The notes: generated by a model not told the origin, from the letters alone. Shown: positions 1 through 10,318, counted from the first letter of the stretch. The stretch is DNA of 64,000 bases from Gammaproteobacteria bacterium (GCA_965215365.1 CBDCDS010000003.1:2568992-2632991); one strand, 5' to 3'. A program made the numbers and translations.

Positions 1-1
1 G

Positions 2-283
2 CACAAACAGAAAAAATGGGCACTGGCCACGGATGCCTATTCCATGGCCGCACTGCTCGATGCCACCAATGTAAAGCTGTATTTTCACGCTGCCGAATGC
101 CTGATGCAGAATCGTGAATGGGTGCGTGCAAATCAGGCTCTGGAGTCCTTTTTTGAGGTATCCGACACCGTGTACGGCAAGGACAAGAGCAAAATACGCC
201 AGTTTGTTGACAAGGCGGAAGCCTGGCAACGGGTCATTGAGGTGAAAGCCCACGCCGGGGAGAACGCCGGCGCGCGGCCCTGA
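2..283 (+). CDS. SycD/LcrH-family (class II, TPR) T3SS translocator chaperone, 5'-truncated by window edge
   Basis: Open frame from base 2: ...WALATDAYSMAALLDATNVKLYFHAAECL..., matching the LcrH/SycD pattern 'A...YS...lD...p.FHAAECL'; T3SS context. Confidence 0.8.
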   Translation, partial: HKQKKWALATDAYSMAALLDATNVKLYFHAAECLMQNREWVRANQALESFFEVSDTVYGKDKSKIRQFVDKAEAWQRVIEVKAHAGENAGARP

Positions 284-303
284 CCGCGCCTTGCGCGCAA
301 GCG

Positions 304-326
304 ACTTGGTGAGATATGCGGGTTAG
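304..326. repeat. Copy of short dispersed intergenic repeat (acttggtgagatatgcgggttag)
   Basis: 22/23 identical to 35427-35449; related to 57651-57665. Confidence 0.7.
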
Positions 327-347
327 CTCTGAAACGGTCAGAATTAA

Positions 348-797
348 ATGGAAAGAGTACTAGCACAAATTGCCGATACCATGGCGCAACTGCTCGGGAT
401 ACCGGAGCTCAGGTTCGATGAGAACGACTGTATCTGTCTGGCTTTCGATGACACCCCCTGCACCATGGTCGCCACCGCCGACGGCTTGCTCCTGCATGCC
501 GAGCTGGCGCGCCGGTCCGGGTTTGCGGGCGCCGCCGGGATTGAACGCGAGCTGCTGCGCCTGAGCGCGGAACTGTCCTTTACCGACGGGGTAGTGGCCG
601 TGGCTACGGACCGTGACGCGGACAGCATTGCGCTGTGCGCCACCATCAAGCCGCTGTGCGCGCCGCAAGCCAACCTGTTGGAGGCTATTATGACTCGCTT
701 CCTGGAACTCGTGGCGGAGGTGCAACTGCGCCTCAAGCAGCTGCCCACAGCGCCGGCGGCGCCACCGGACTTCGCCGGCGCCGGGCTCAGGGTTTGA
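348..797 (+). CDS. CesT/SycE-like class I T3SS chaperone
   Basis: Small acidic 149-aa protein; 'LGIPELRFDENDCICLAFDD' N-terminal motif and C-terminal amphipathic helix. Confidence 0.7.
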   Translation: MERVLAQIADTMAQLLGIPELRFDENDCICLAFDDTPCTMVATADGLLLHAELARRSGFAGAAGIERELLRLSAELSFTDGVVAVATDRDADSIALCATIKPLCAPQANLLEAIMTRFLELVAEVQLRLKQLPTAPAAPPDFAGAGLRV

Positions 798-847
798 ATG
801 AACACTTCCTGCCCGCAGTCTCGCATCCCCGCTCCCTTACGAGCAAA

Positions 848-1291
848 ATGAAACGTTACCACGCCCAAAGTTACTTGGCCCTGCTGGCCGCTGAGCCCGA
901 GCTTGCGGCTGCCACAGACCCGAAGCTGACCCTGTACTTTGACGAACACCAGCTGGATTTCACCCTGACCGAAACCAGCTTGTACTTTTCCTGTGAGTTG
1001 TTGCGCCTGGAGCAAGCGCAGTCAGTGGTGGCGGACAGTCCGGCCAACACGCTCATGGCGCTGCTGCTCGAAGCCAACTGCATGGGGTCCGGCGCCGCCG
1101 GGGGTGTCTTTGTGCTGGATGCAAACAACGCCTTGTGTCTCAAGGGACAGGCGTTGCTGGGCGCGCTTGAGAACGAGGAGCTGGCCGCGCTGCTGGAAGA
1201 TTTTCTTAATCAGGTTGACTACTGGCAACCGCAACTGGCTGCCTTTCTTAACGGCGCCGACAGCAATGACGGCGCCAAGCTACCGGGTTGA
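848..1291 (+). CDS. CesT/Tir-family class I T3SS chaperone
   Basis: ATG 848 within ORF 635-1291; 'LLLEANCMGSGAAGGVFVLD' and 'LEDFLNQVDYWQ' are typical CesT-family motifs; directly upstream of an effector-like gene. Confidence 0.75.
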   Translation: MKRYHAQSYLALLAAEPELAAATDPKLTLYFDEHQLDFTLTETSLYFSCELLRLEQAQSVVADSPANTLMALLLEANCMGSGAAGGVFVLDANNALCLKGQALLGALENEELAALLEDFLNQVDYWQPQLAAFLNGADSNDGAKLPG

Positions 1292-1296
1292 CTGTT

Positions 1297-2868
1297 ATGA
1301 CAATCAATTTGAATCAGTTTTCAGATCTGCTCGGCGCGCGCCGGCTGCGCGACACGGATGTGCTGGCCGTCACCGACCGGAATAACCTCAAGCTGCGCGA
1401 CAGCCGTTTTCCGGTGCTGCGCTGGCTTGTCAATTCAGGCCTCGGTAAGCGTGCCACCAATCGCAAGACCGTGGATACCTTCATCCGCGCCATGGAGAAC
1501 CAGTTCGGCGCGCAACTGCTGGAAAAAATGCAGCTTGACTCGTTGCGCGACCTGCAACGACGCGGTAAGCCACTGCACGTCAGGCATGTCAGGAGCAGCG
1601 TTGAGCAGGCCACGCGCTTGCAGGGCGACGCCACGGCGGTGGTGGATGAACTCGAACGACAATTCAGCAAGGCGCCCTACGCCTCGGTTCCCGGCGGGGC
1701 AGAGCTGACGCGGGAGGTGCGCGACCGCATTGATTTTGATACCCTGTTCCGCAACCTGCAAGCGGATTGTGACAACTACCGCGGCCGTGAGCAGCTGTGG
1801 GTCGCCCTCCCGAGCATGGTTGAACGACTGGCAACGACGGCGCACAACGAGGCCGTCAGAAAAATTTTTCTGGGGGGGTACGGCATTCAGCCGGCACCGG
1901 CGGACACGACCGACCGACTGCAGGCGATTGTCGAGGCATTGCCGGAAACCGAAAAACTGAGCGCCGACTTCGGCCTGAGACCGGATAGCAGCAGGATGCC
2001 GCCGGCCTTTTTCGACAAGCTGGCGGGGAAACTACAAAAAACAGTAGAACGGGCTCTGTTGCATCCTGAACGCGTGGCGACCGGCGACGCCTCGGACTCG
2101 ATCATGTCCCGGGTGCAACAGGAAGTGCGGTTGACTGTGGAAAAAGCCACCCGGCAGTATCTGCAGGAACGCCTGGACGCATTGCACGCGCTGCAACAGG
2201 CACAGGCAGGCGACATTGCGCCGAGCGCCGGGCCGGCTACTGCGCCGGGCACAGAGGGTCTCTATGAGCAGGCTCTGTACAACCGTATCCCGGCCAGCCA
2301 GACGCCACGCTTGCTGGCGTTGCGCCAGGAGATGCCGGAAGACCTGGGCGCGTTGGTCTCGCCCGACTGTGACCTGAATGCCAAATTCCAACTGTTGCAC
2401 CAGTTCGGCGCTCTGGTGCTGCGCACTATCACCGATATGACGCCGGCAGAACAGCAAACACATGCCTCAGGACCGGACGACAGTCTGGATTTTATGGAGG
2501 AGTGCTCAAACTTCCTCAAGCACGGCAAACTCGATGACGCCGCGGCGGTGCAGCTGCGCCAAGCCCTGGGCGCCGGCGCCGGGTCGGAACTGCCGGGCCT
2601 GTATCAGACGCTGCAAGATATAAAATATGCGGCGGAATGCAACTCAGACGACGGTTCACCCAAGACCGACCCGGTGTGGGGTGAGGCGTACCGCGCGGTC
2701 GAACAGGTGGACGCGGCCTTCAAGCAGCTGCCGGGCTACCCGGAACTACTCGGCACCATCGACGTGGCCGCCGAGCGCCCCTACGCGCAGGCGGCGCTGC
2801 CGGTGTACCAGGCCATGCGTAACTGCGGTATTGCGCTGCCGCCGCCCGCCGGCGCGCCGGACGCATAA
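1297..2868 (+). CDS. Putative T3SS effector 1 (unknown function)
   Basis: Follows CesT-like chaperones; N-terminal ~99 aa about 50% identical to 6527-7504; no recognisable catalytic motif. Confidence 0.6.
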   Translation: MTINLNQFSDLLGARRLRDTDVLAVTDRNNLKLRDSRFPVLRWLVNSGLGKRATNRKTVDTFIRAMENQFGAQLLEKMQLDSLRDLQRRGKPLHVRHVRSSVEQATRLQGDATAVVDELERQFSKAPYASVPGGAELTREVRDRIDFDTLFRNLQADCDNYRGREQLWVALPSMVERLATTAHNEAVRKIFLGGYGIQPAPADTTDRLQAIVEALPETEKLSADFGLRPDSSRMPPAFFDKLAGKLQKTVERALLHPERVATGDASDSIMSRVQQEVRLTVEKATRQYLQERLDALHALQQAQAGDIAPSAGPATAPGTEGLYEQALYNRIPASQTPRLLALRQEMPEDLGALVSPDCDLNAKFQLLHQFGALVLRTITDMTPAEQQTHASGPDDSLDFMEECSNFLKHGKLDDAAAVQLRQALGAGAGSELPGLYQTLQDIKYAAECNSDDGSPKTDPVWGEAYRAVEQVDAAFKQLPGYPELLGTIDVAAERPYAQAALPVYQAMRNCGIALPPPAGAPDA

Positions 2869-2926
2869 AGGGGGCTGACTCCGTGCAGGTAAGCTGCAAC
2901 CGGTTGGCGCCGATGCCTGAGGCGCA

Positions 2927-4699
2927 GTGATGACCAGACACGGCGGCCGGCCCGGTGGCGCGGCGCTATTGTTGTTGCTCATTATGGCCCCGGTCAGCGC
3001 GCCACAAGACCAGACCGACTCCTTGCAGAGCACCGCCAATCTGAGCTGGAAAACCGCCGGCTTCAGTTTTTATGCAAGCCAAATCAGCGCTGCGGACATC
3101 CTGTTGGATTTTTCCACCAACTTGTCGGTACCGGTGACCGTGAGTAAGCAGGCGCGTCGTCAGACCATCAGCGGCAACTTCAGGCAGTTGCCGGGCAAAC
3201 GCTTTATCGAATTGTTGTGCAAGGGCAACAGTCTGATCTGGTTTTTTGACGGTTCCATGCTGTTTGTGCGCCATGCCAACGAGCTCGCGCGCCAGGACCT
3301 GACCCTGGACCCGGCAACATTTGACGCCGACGCGTTTGCGCGGCTCTACGAGAGTTTTGAGATCGACGGCGGCTTTAATCGTTTCGACGTCATCTTCGAC
3401 GGCCAGGTGCTGCGCCTTACCGGCCTACCTGAATATATCAGGTTTGTCGAACGTATCGTGCGCTTTGTAACCGGCGACAAAACCCTGCCGGAAGCGGAGG
3501 TCGGCTTTGGCGATGTCGATACCCAGGTGGTGCGCATGTTGCCGGTGCGTCACGCCTACAGCGAGCCGCAACTGCTTAATCTGGCCAATATTCTGGCAAA
3601 AACCATGGGAGTCAGGCATGTTGATCTGTCCGATGACCGCGCTGTGGCGGCAGTCATGCCGGAGCCGCAGCCACAAAATGATGTCCCGGGCGGCCTCCTG
3701 GGGGGGCTGTTCGGCACCGGGCTGAGCGACAAAAACGTTGAACCGATAGAGCAGTATGGCCGCGGCACCCCGGCACCCGGCGACGTTCCGCCGGCGCCCG
3801 CCGCCAACGGCGCCGCGTCTGGCGCAGCCGCCGCGGGCCTGGTGTTTGCCGGCGGCGCCCCGTTTGTGGCGGTGAACGTCACCCAGCGGGCGCTCATCGT
3901 GCGTGACCTGCGCGCCCGTATCCCGCAATATGTGAGTTTGCTGAATGAACTGGATGTGCCGCAACGGCAGATTGAAATCTCTGCATCCATCCTCGACATC
4001 AACAGCAAATACAATTCACAGTTGGGCGTTAATATCCAGAACAACCAAGAACAGGGTCTGCTGGAATACGAATACATCCCGGCTTCTTCCATCAGCGACA
4101 TCACGGGTTTTCGCGCGCGCCTGTTCGCACTGGTTGAAGATGGCAATGCCCGGGTCGTCTCGGAGCCGTCCATACTCACGCTCAACAACCGCGCCGCGCA
4201 ATTCCGCACCGACCAGACATTTTATGTGCGTCTGGCCGGTGATCGCGCCGTTGATTTGGTGCCCATCAGTTTTGGCACCCACCTGCAGGTGACCCCGAAC
4301 ATCGTCGGCGGCAACCGCAACGCCGGCGCCGAGCAGGCGCAGATTCATCTGGACATCCATATTGAAGACGGCGTGCGGGCGAGTCCCTCTGGCAATGTGG
4401 ACGCCATCCCGCCGGTCAACAACACCGTTATCGACACCGAAGCCCTGGTACAACAAGACACCAGTCTGCTGGTCGGCGGCTATCAAATCAACGATGAAGA
4501 CTTCAGCAACAGCGGCATTCCGGTGTTGAAGGACATTCCCTTCCTCGGTCTGTTGTTCTCCACCCGTTCCAAGACCATCACCTCGATCAACCGGTACTTT
4601 ATTATTACCACGCGCGTGCCAGACTACAACACCCCCGAAGGCGTACAACAAGAAGACGCCAAAGCCGATGCTGCCCTCTCGCAACTGGAAACCCCCTGA
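2927..4699 (+). CDS. sctC: T3SS outer-membrane secretin (YscC/HrcC family)
   Basis: Signal peptide, 'LIWFFDGSMLFV' N0 motif, 'LDVPQRQIEISASILDI', 'GIPVLKDIPFLGLLF' secretin motifs. Confidence 0.92.
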   Translation: MMTRHGGRPGGAALLLLLIMAPVSAPQDQTDSLQSTANLSWKTAGFSFYASQISAADILLDFSTNLSVPVTVSKQARRQTISGNFRQLPGKRFIELLCKGNSLIWFFDGSMLFVRHANELARQDLTLDPATFDADAFARLYESFEIDGGFNRFDVIFDGQVLRLTGLPEYIRFVERIVRFVTGDKTLPEAEVGFGDVDTQVVRMLPVRHAYSEPQLLNLANILAKTMGVRHVDLSDDRAVAAVMPEPQPQNDVPGGLLGGLFGTGLSDKNVEPIEQYGRGTPAPGDVPPAPAANGAASGAAAAGLVFAGGAPFVAVNVTQRALIVRDLRARIPQYVSLLNELDVPQRQIEISASILDINSKYNSQLGVNIQNNQEQGLLEYEYIPASSISDITGFRARLFALVEDGNARVVSEPSILTLNNRAAQFRTDQTFYVRLAGDRAVDLVPISFGTHLQVTPNIVGGNRNAGAEQAQIHLDIHIEDGVRASPSGNVDAIPPVNNTVIDTEALVQQDTSLLVGGYQINDEDFSNSGIPVLKDIPFLGLLFSTRSKTITSINRYFIITTRVPDYNTPEGVQQEDAKADAALSQLETP

Positions 4700-4821
4700 G
4701 CAACAGCGACAGCCACCGCCGTCGCACACAAAGTGTACCTTGCCGCCACCCCATTCGACAAGTTACAATTCTTATTACGACCAACGAAGGGCAAAACCAC
4801 AACCTGTAAGGAGTTGACGGC

Positions 4822-6111
4822 ATGGGTCCCAACTGGGCAAATCGTACACTGTTTCACGGTGATAATCTGGATTTCATGCGCGCCATGGATAGCGAGTCTG
4901 TCGACCTGATCGCCACCGACCCGCCATTTAACAAGGGCCGGGACTTCCACGCGACACCGGACAGTCTAGCCGCAGGCGCGTCATTTCAAGATAGATGGTC
5001 GTGGGAAAATGATGTACATCAGGATTGGATTGATCAACTTACAGATGACCACCCTAACCTGATCGAAGCAATAGAATCTGCCCGCCATGCCCACAGTGAA
5101 GGTATGGGCGCGTATATGTGCTTTATGGCCGTCCGGCTGCTTGCCATGCGGCGGATACTCAAGTCCACGGGGTCAATTTATCTGCATTGTGATCCGACTG
5201 CCAGCCATTATCTTAAGGCCGTTATGGATGCGATATTCGGGTATAGGAATTTCAGGAATGAAATTGTATGGTCGTACAGAAGATGGCCGTCAAAAAGCCG
5301 CCATTTCCAGACCATGCACGATATTCTGCTATTTTACACAAAGGGAACGGATAACATATTTAATGTCGATTATGAGCCTGCCAGCGATAGCTATCTAAAG
5401 CGATTTAAGGGGAAAACGCAAATTCTTGATCCTGAAAACAAGACTCGGAAGATACCCGTGGATGCACCGACAAAAGGTATGCCGATGAGGGCTGTGTGGG
5501 ATATTTCGTTTATTGCTCCGGCATCAAAAGAGCGCACTGGCTACCCGACACAAAAGCCCATCAAACTATATGATCGAATCATTAAAGCATCCAGCAATGA
5601 AGGTGACATTGTCTTTGATCCGTTTGCAGGTTGCGCAACGACCTGCGTCGCCGCAGAGCGTTTGAACAGGCAATGGATAGGGATTGATATATGGGACAAA
5701 GCGTATGAAGTTGTCATCAAGCGCTTACATGAAGAAGTGGGTCTATTTGGGGATGTTCACTATTCCGATACTATCCCGACGCGCACCGATGACGGCTTGA
5801 CGGCTGCGCCGTACCTTAAGGTCAAGCAATCCATCCCTGAACCACCGGGACGGAAAATGTCCAGGGCGGAAATGTATGAAATATTGCTATCGCAACAGGG
5901 CACGAAATGCCAGGGATGTGATCGGAAATTCGATGATGCCCGTTACTTGGAGCTCGACCACAACACACCAAGGGCGGACGGTGGGCCCAACCACATATCC
6001 AACCGCATCCTGCTATGCGGTCCCTGCAACAGGCTGAAAAGTCATATATACACTTTGTCGGGGCTCAGACGCGAGAATGAAAAACGGGGATATATCCGCA
6101 GTGAGCGCTGA
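4822..6111 (+). CDS. Beta-class N6/N4 DNA methyltransferase fused to C-terminal HNH endonuclease
   Basis: DPPF (motif IV) precedes 'YPTQKP' and 'DPFAGCATT' (motif I); C-terminal CxxC...LELDH...NHISN...CGPCN HNH; visibly more AT-rich than flanks. Confidence 0.88.
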   Translation: MGPNWANRTLFHGDNLDFMRAMDSESVDLIATDPPFNKGRDFHATPDSLAAGASFQDRWSWENDVHQDWIDQLTDDHPNLIEAIESARHAHSEGMGAYMCFMAVRLLAMRRILKSTGSIYLHCDPTASHYLKAVMDAIFGYRNFRNEIVWSYRRWPSKSRHFQTMHDILLFYTKGTDNIFNVDYEPASDSYLKRFKGKTQILDPENKTRKIPVDAPTKGMPMRAVWDISFIAPASKERTGYPTQKPIKLYDRIIKASSNEGDIVFDPFAGCATTCVAAERLNRQWIGIDIWDKAYEVVIKRLHEEVGLFGDVHYSDTIPTRTDDGLTAAPYLKVKQSIPEPPGRKMSRAEMYEILLSQQGTKCQGCDRKFDDARYLELDHNTPRADGGPNHISNRILLCGPCNRLKSHIYTLSGLRRENEKRGYIRSER

Positions 6112-6282
6112 GTGCGCGCATGAAGCCCGGTGCAGCGTACCAGTACGCCCCCATTGATAGCGTGCATTGCGCGCAACTTTATGCTATGGTTGTTACCCGG
6201 TGGCTGTTGCCTGAGCGACTGCGGTTGCGCTTTTGGGCCGTTGCCGAACATTCATCTCAACCTGTAACCCGATCGGATCACT

Positions 6283-6516
6283 ATGACATCTGCTGACAAC
6301 CTTACCCTGGAGGCGCGGCTCTCCGACGACCCTGAAGGCAGTGAGCGCGATAAGCTCCTGCAAGTCCTGAAAGCATTTGAGCAGGAATTGGACGAGGCTT
6401 TGAAAAAAGGCTGCGCCCCCGCCGACTACAAACGCCTCAGCGAAGTATTGCTTGGCGCGCGCGTGGCGCAAGGTGTACTGGCTGTCTATCACGGCCACCT
6501 GAATAAACAAACCTAG
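6283..6516 (+). CDS. YscE/EscE/SsaE-like needle co-chaperone
   Basis: 77 aa, 'LTLEARLSDDPEG..RD.LL...L.KG.APADY' pattern; T3SS context. Confidence 0.7.
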   Translation: MTSADNLTLEARLSDDPEGSERDKLLQVLKAFEQELDEALKKGCAPADYKRLSEVLLGARVAQGVLAVYHGHLNKQT

Positions 6517-6526
6517 CGACCGCCCT

Positions 6527-7504
6527 ATGGCAGTCAGTTTCAGCCAGTTTTCAGATGCCGTCGCCCGGGCCAATGTGCGCGACCGGGATGTCGTCACTGT
6601 AACCAAACAGAATAATCTCAAGCTGGGCAGCAGCCGCTTTCGGCTGTTGCGCTGGATCGCTAATGCCGGCATCGGCAAGCGGTTGCGCAACCGCAGGACT
6701 GTTGATGCATTTATTCACTCTTTGCAACAGAACTTCGGCGAGCATGTGGTCGGGAAGATGAATCTCGGCCATTTGCAGCAACTGCGCAGCCGCGGCAAGC
6801 CGTTGAACGTGCGTTTTGTCAAAGCCTATCTGGATAATGCCAGGGAGGTGAAGCAATATCTGGACATTCGTTCCGAGCAGCAAGGCGCCGGTCACTTTGC
6901 CGACACCGCGCGGCGGCGTATTGAAGCCGGTTTGACGCAATTTACCCCCGCCGAGAGCAAGGCTTCGACGAAATATCCTGATTTTTTTGCCGAGCCGTTG
7001 CGAGACTTCGATCGCGATAACTACATTATTGACGGCGTGGAGATGGGGCGGGATACGGATGACACTGTACAGGCATTGCGTCGGCTTTGCACCGACAAGA
7101 GTGGCAAAGCCGACAGCAAGCTGCTTGAGATCGTGCAGGGGATACTTTACCAGCGCACCTTGGGCCTGGTGTTGGAAGAGTGCGTCGGTCGGCTTGAAGA
7201 GGACCACGGTGCTCATTATGCCGACGCTCCATTCCGGGGCTGCTATCCCGCCGGCGCCGACGCTGACAAGCTGTATCGCGCCGGCAAGGACCCGGACAGC
7301 GGCAAGCTGCAGCTGGACCTGACCCACAGCACCCCGGTGAAGGTCATCAGCCATACCCCCAGCGGCCAGGATGTGATGCTGGATCCGGAGCGCAGCCACT
7401 ACGGCCTGCAACTGCGCATTGAAGTGGACCCGGCAGACTACCGCGTCAAGGTCACCCAAGCCGATTATCAATTTCAATTCACGCCCCAGACACCGGCGGC
7501 CTGA
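6527..7504 (+). CDS. Putative T3SS effector 2 (unknown function)
   Basis: Shares N-terminal module with 1297-2868; unrelated C-terminal domain. Confidence 0.6.
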   Translation: MAVSFSQFSDAVARANVRDRDVVTVTKQNNLKLGSSRFRLLRWIANAGIGKRLRNRRTVDAFIHSLQQNFGEHVVGKMNLGHLQQLRSRGKPLNVRFVKAYLDNAREVKQYLDIRSEQQGAGHFADTARRRIEAGLTQFTPAESKASTKYPDFFAEPLRDFDRDNYIIDGVEMGRDTDDTVQALRRLCTDKSGKADSKLLEIVQGILYQRTLGLVLEECVGRLEEDHGAHYADAPFRGCYPAGADADKLYRAGKDPDSGKLQLDLTHSTPVKVISHTPSGQDVMLDPERSHYGLQLRIEVDPADYRVKVTQADYQFQFTPQTPAA

Positions 7505-7533
7505 AGCCAAAGCCAGCAGGGGAACAGCACCGG

Positions 7534-8577
7534 CTAACGCAGCTGCTTGAGCAGTCTCAGTACCTCGGCAACGGGTTTGATCAGGTCATGGGGGATGTAG
7601 TTCTCGACATTGGCCTGTTCGTGCAGTGAGTGCGCCAGCGGCACGTTCTCCATGATGGGGACGCCTTCTTCTCTGGCAACCTTGAGTAAACGCTGTGCCT
7701 GGGCGCCTTCCGCCTTGAAAGTGACGATGGGTAGCGGGGTCTTTTCCTCATCATAGAGCAGGCCTACGGCAATATGGGTCGGGTTGGTGATGATCACCGA
7801 AGAGCGCTTCACGTTTTTCACCTGTTCGCTGTTGATGATTTCACTGAATAGCTGTTTGCGCTTGCCCTTGATGTGCGGGTCACCTTCCGCCTCCTTATAC
7901 TCCTGCTTGACCTCTTCCTTTGACATCATCAGTTCCCTGGTGTATTTGCGCCGGGCCAGACCGAGGTCCACCACCGCGACCACGGTAAACACCAGCAGGG
8001 AGTAGATGATGATATTCTTTAACACCGCCGTTGTGACAGGCAGGATGCAGCCGAGGTTGCAATCGGGCAGGCTGAACAGCTCCGGGATGTTATGGTACAA
8101 GGCAATACTCAGGATTGTGCCCAGCGCCACAATTTTAAGAATATTTTTCAATACCTGAATGACCGAGTCCCGGGTAAACAGCTTTTTGAGTTTTTCCACC
8201 GGGTTGATATGACTCAATTTGGGCTGAATGGACTCAAACGCAAGCAGCGGGCCAACCTGGAAAAAGTTCAGCAGCAAGGCGGCGAGTGCGGCGGTGCCGA
8301 CGACGATAAAACTTATCTTCAGCATGACGATTGCGCCGCTGCGCGCCGTGGCCACCAGCACGCTGCGCGTGTCGGCCTGTTCCAGGTGAGTGGCCATGAG
8401 CATGATACGCTCGAAGTCCTGCAAAAACGCCGCGCCGGCGCCAAGGAAGCACAGCACTACGGCAACCAGCGTGGCCAAGCTGCCAATCTCATTGCTCTTG
8501 GCAACCTGTCCTTTTTTGCGGGAATCCCGTATCCTCTTCTGGGTGGGTTGTTCGGTCTTGTCGGCTGAGCCGGCCAT
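7534..8577 (-). CDS. sctU: T3SS export apparatus switch protein (YscU/FlhB family)
   Basis: 'DKTEQPTQKRIRDSRKKGQVAKS', 'EGDPHIK', NPTH autocleavage motif. Confidence 0.95.
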   Translation of the reverse strand: MAGSADKTEQPTQKRIRDSRKKGQVAKSNEIGSLATLVAVVLCFLGAGAAFLQDFERIMLMATHLEQADTRSVLVATARSGAIVMLKISFIVVGTAALAALLLNFFQVGPLLAFESIQPKLSHINPVEKLKKLFTRDSVIQVLKNILKIVALGTILSIALYHNIPELFSLPDCNLGCILPVTTAVLKNIIIYSLLVFTVVAVVDLGLARRKYTRELMMSKEEVKQEYKEAEGDPHIKGKRKQLFSEIINSEQVKNVKRSSVIITNPTHIAVGLLYDEEKTPLPIVTFKAEGAQAQRLLKVAREEGVPIMENVPLAHSLHEQANVENYIPHDLIKPVAEVLRLLKQLR

Positions 8578-8652
8578 ATTTTCCAGCGCGTTTTGACTTG
8601 ACGGTTAATCTAATTTATTTTTGTATGGGAAACAAGTTTCACAAATCGATTC

Positions 8653-10296
8653 GTGACTGAGTCCAGGTTCATATTAAAAATTCTCTCCGGCCTGCACGTG
8701 GGGGCGGAGTTTTCTCTGCCGCTCGGTGTCAGCCGTCTTGGTAAGTCTCCAGATTGCGATATTATCCTGCACGATCAGGGGGTTGCAGACGAGCATCTGA
8801 TATTCCGCTGCAGTGGGCAGGAGACCTTGGTGGAGTGTCCGACACAGGAGTCTGCGGCCCTGCTGAATGGCACGGATGAGCTGCGCGAGCAGGGGCCTTA
8901 TACGGTCAGCGAGTATGGCCTGATCACCAGCGCCGGTCTCTACCTGGCGTTGGGCACCGCCGACGCGTGCTGGGATATTCCACCGCCCGAACGCTTGTTT
9001 ACGCAATTTCTTGAGGCTCGACGCGCGGCGCAACCGGCGCCAGGGTCGGTGCAGGTTGATGCCAACGCCGACCACGCGCCGCCGGGAGAGGAACAGCCGG
9101 CGGCGCAGACTGAAGAGCTGGCGCCGGAGAATGGGCCGGCGCGGTCGGAAGATGAGTTGCCGGCACCGGGAGACGAGTTGGCGGGGCAAGCTGAACTGGC
9201 GGCGATGCAAGATGAGCCAGCCGCGCCCGGGGCTGACCCGGCCACCGCGCAGGACCACCCGGTAGCCGCGTCGGGTCAGGAGCCGGCTACCGCCGGCGCA
9301 CAGCAAACCGGGCGGGTGCCGGGCGACCACGCCGCGTCGGGGGCGTTCCAACGATTGTGGCGGCGCGCGCCGCGGCGCGCCCGCGTCGCCGGTGCCGGCG
9401 CGCTGGCGGTCGTGGTGCTGGGCGCCGGGTTATTCTACTGGCACAGCAAATTGCAACTGCCGGTAGAAGTCGCGCACGAACCCGCCATAACACTGGCTGA
9501 GATCGAACGCGTCGCCGCCGATTTCAAGCTCGACGCCAGTTTTGAACTGCTCGATAAAAACCTGTTGCAAGTCAGTGGCTATGCGCTCAACAGTGACGAA
9601 AAACACGGGTTTGTGCGCGCCATGTATGCGCGCGGCATCATCGTTAAATCCCGGCTGGTGCTCACCGAGCAGTTCAAAAACAATATCCTGAATATCCTCG
9701 AACAACTGGTCAACCCGGCTCGCCATGAGACCATCAGCGTCTCGGTAAAACCGGACGATATCAGGACCCTGGTACTGCGCGGTTACGTGCAGGACGCCGA
9801 AAAGTGGCAGGCGGCGCTTGCCGAGACCCTGCGCCTGGTCGATGCCATCGCTTACGAGGATGAGGTTGTGCACTGGGATGACGGCTATCGCCACCTGCAG
9901 GAACTGATACAGAGCCATGACGCGGGCGCCTTGCTACGCCTGCAAGACGACCGCGAAAACGACCGCATCCTGCTGTTTGCCACGGATTACCATAATGCCG
10001 ACGAGCCGCGGCTGCAAGCGCTTGCTCAGGAGTACCGCCGGCGCTACGCTCGCCCGGAACTGCTGCTGTCCGGGCCCGGCGAGCAGGAAACGCTGAACCT
10101 GCCGGCATTCACCGCCAACAAAATCCTGGGTGCCAGTTTTAACGTCCTGAACTACGTGCTACTAGATGACGGGCAACGCTATTTTGTCGGTGCTCTCACC
10201 CCGGACGGTTACCGGATTGATGAAATCAATGAAACGTTTGCCATTTTTTCACTGGCCGGCGCGGACTATGTCCATTATTTCCAAACCATGCCCTGA
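8653..10296 (+). CDS. sctD: T3SS inner-membrane ring protein (YscD family) with N-terminal FHA-like domain and long acidic/Pro linker
   Basis: 'LKILSGLHVGAE...LGKSPDCDIILHD..VADEH' FHA-like domain, single TM, C-terminal 'YVLLDDGQRYFVGA..PDGY.I..I' YscD motif. Confidence 0.88.
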   Translation: MTESRFILKILSGLHVGAEFSLPLGVSRLGKSPDCDIILHDQGVADEHLIFRCSGQETLVECPTQESAALLNGTDELREQGPYTVSEYGLITSAGLYLALGTADACWDIPPPERLFTQFLEARRAAQPAPGSVQVDANADHAPPGEEQPAAQTEELAPENGPARSEDELPAPGDELAGQAELAAMQDEPAAPGADPATAQDHPVAASGQEPATAGAQQTGRVPGDHAASGAFQRLWRRAPRRARVAGAGALAVVVLGAGLFYWHSKLQLPVEVAHEPAITLAEIERVAADFKLDASFELLDKNLLQVSGYALNSDEKHGFVRAMYARGIIVKSRLVLTEQFKNNILNILEQLVNPARHETISVSVKPDDIRTLVLRGYVQDAEKWQAALAETLRLVDAIAYEDEVVHWDDGYRHLQELIQSHDAGALLRLQDDRENDRILLFATDYHNADEPRLQALAQEYRRRYARPELLLSGPGEQETLNLPAFTANKILGASFNVLNYVLLDDGQRYFVGALTPDGYRIDEINETFAIFSLAGADYVHYFQTMP

Positions 10297-10318
10297 CGCG
10301 ACCCTATCGTTCTCCCTG

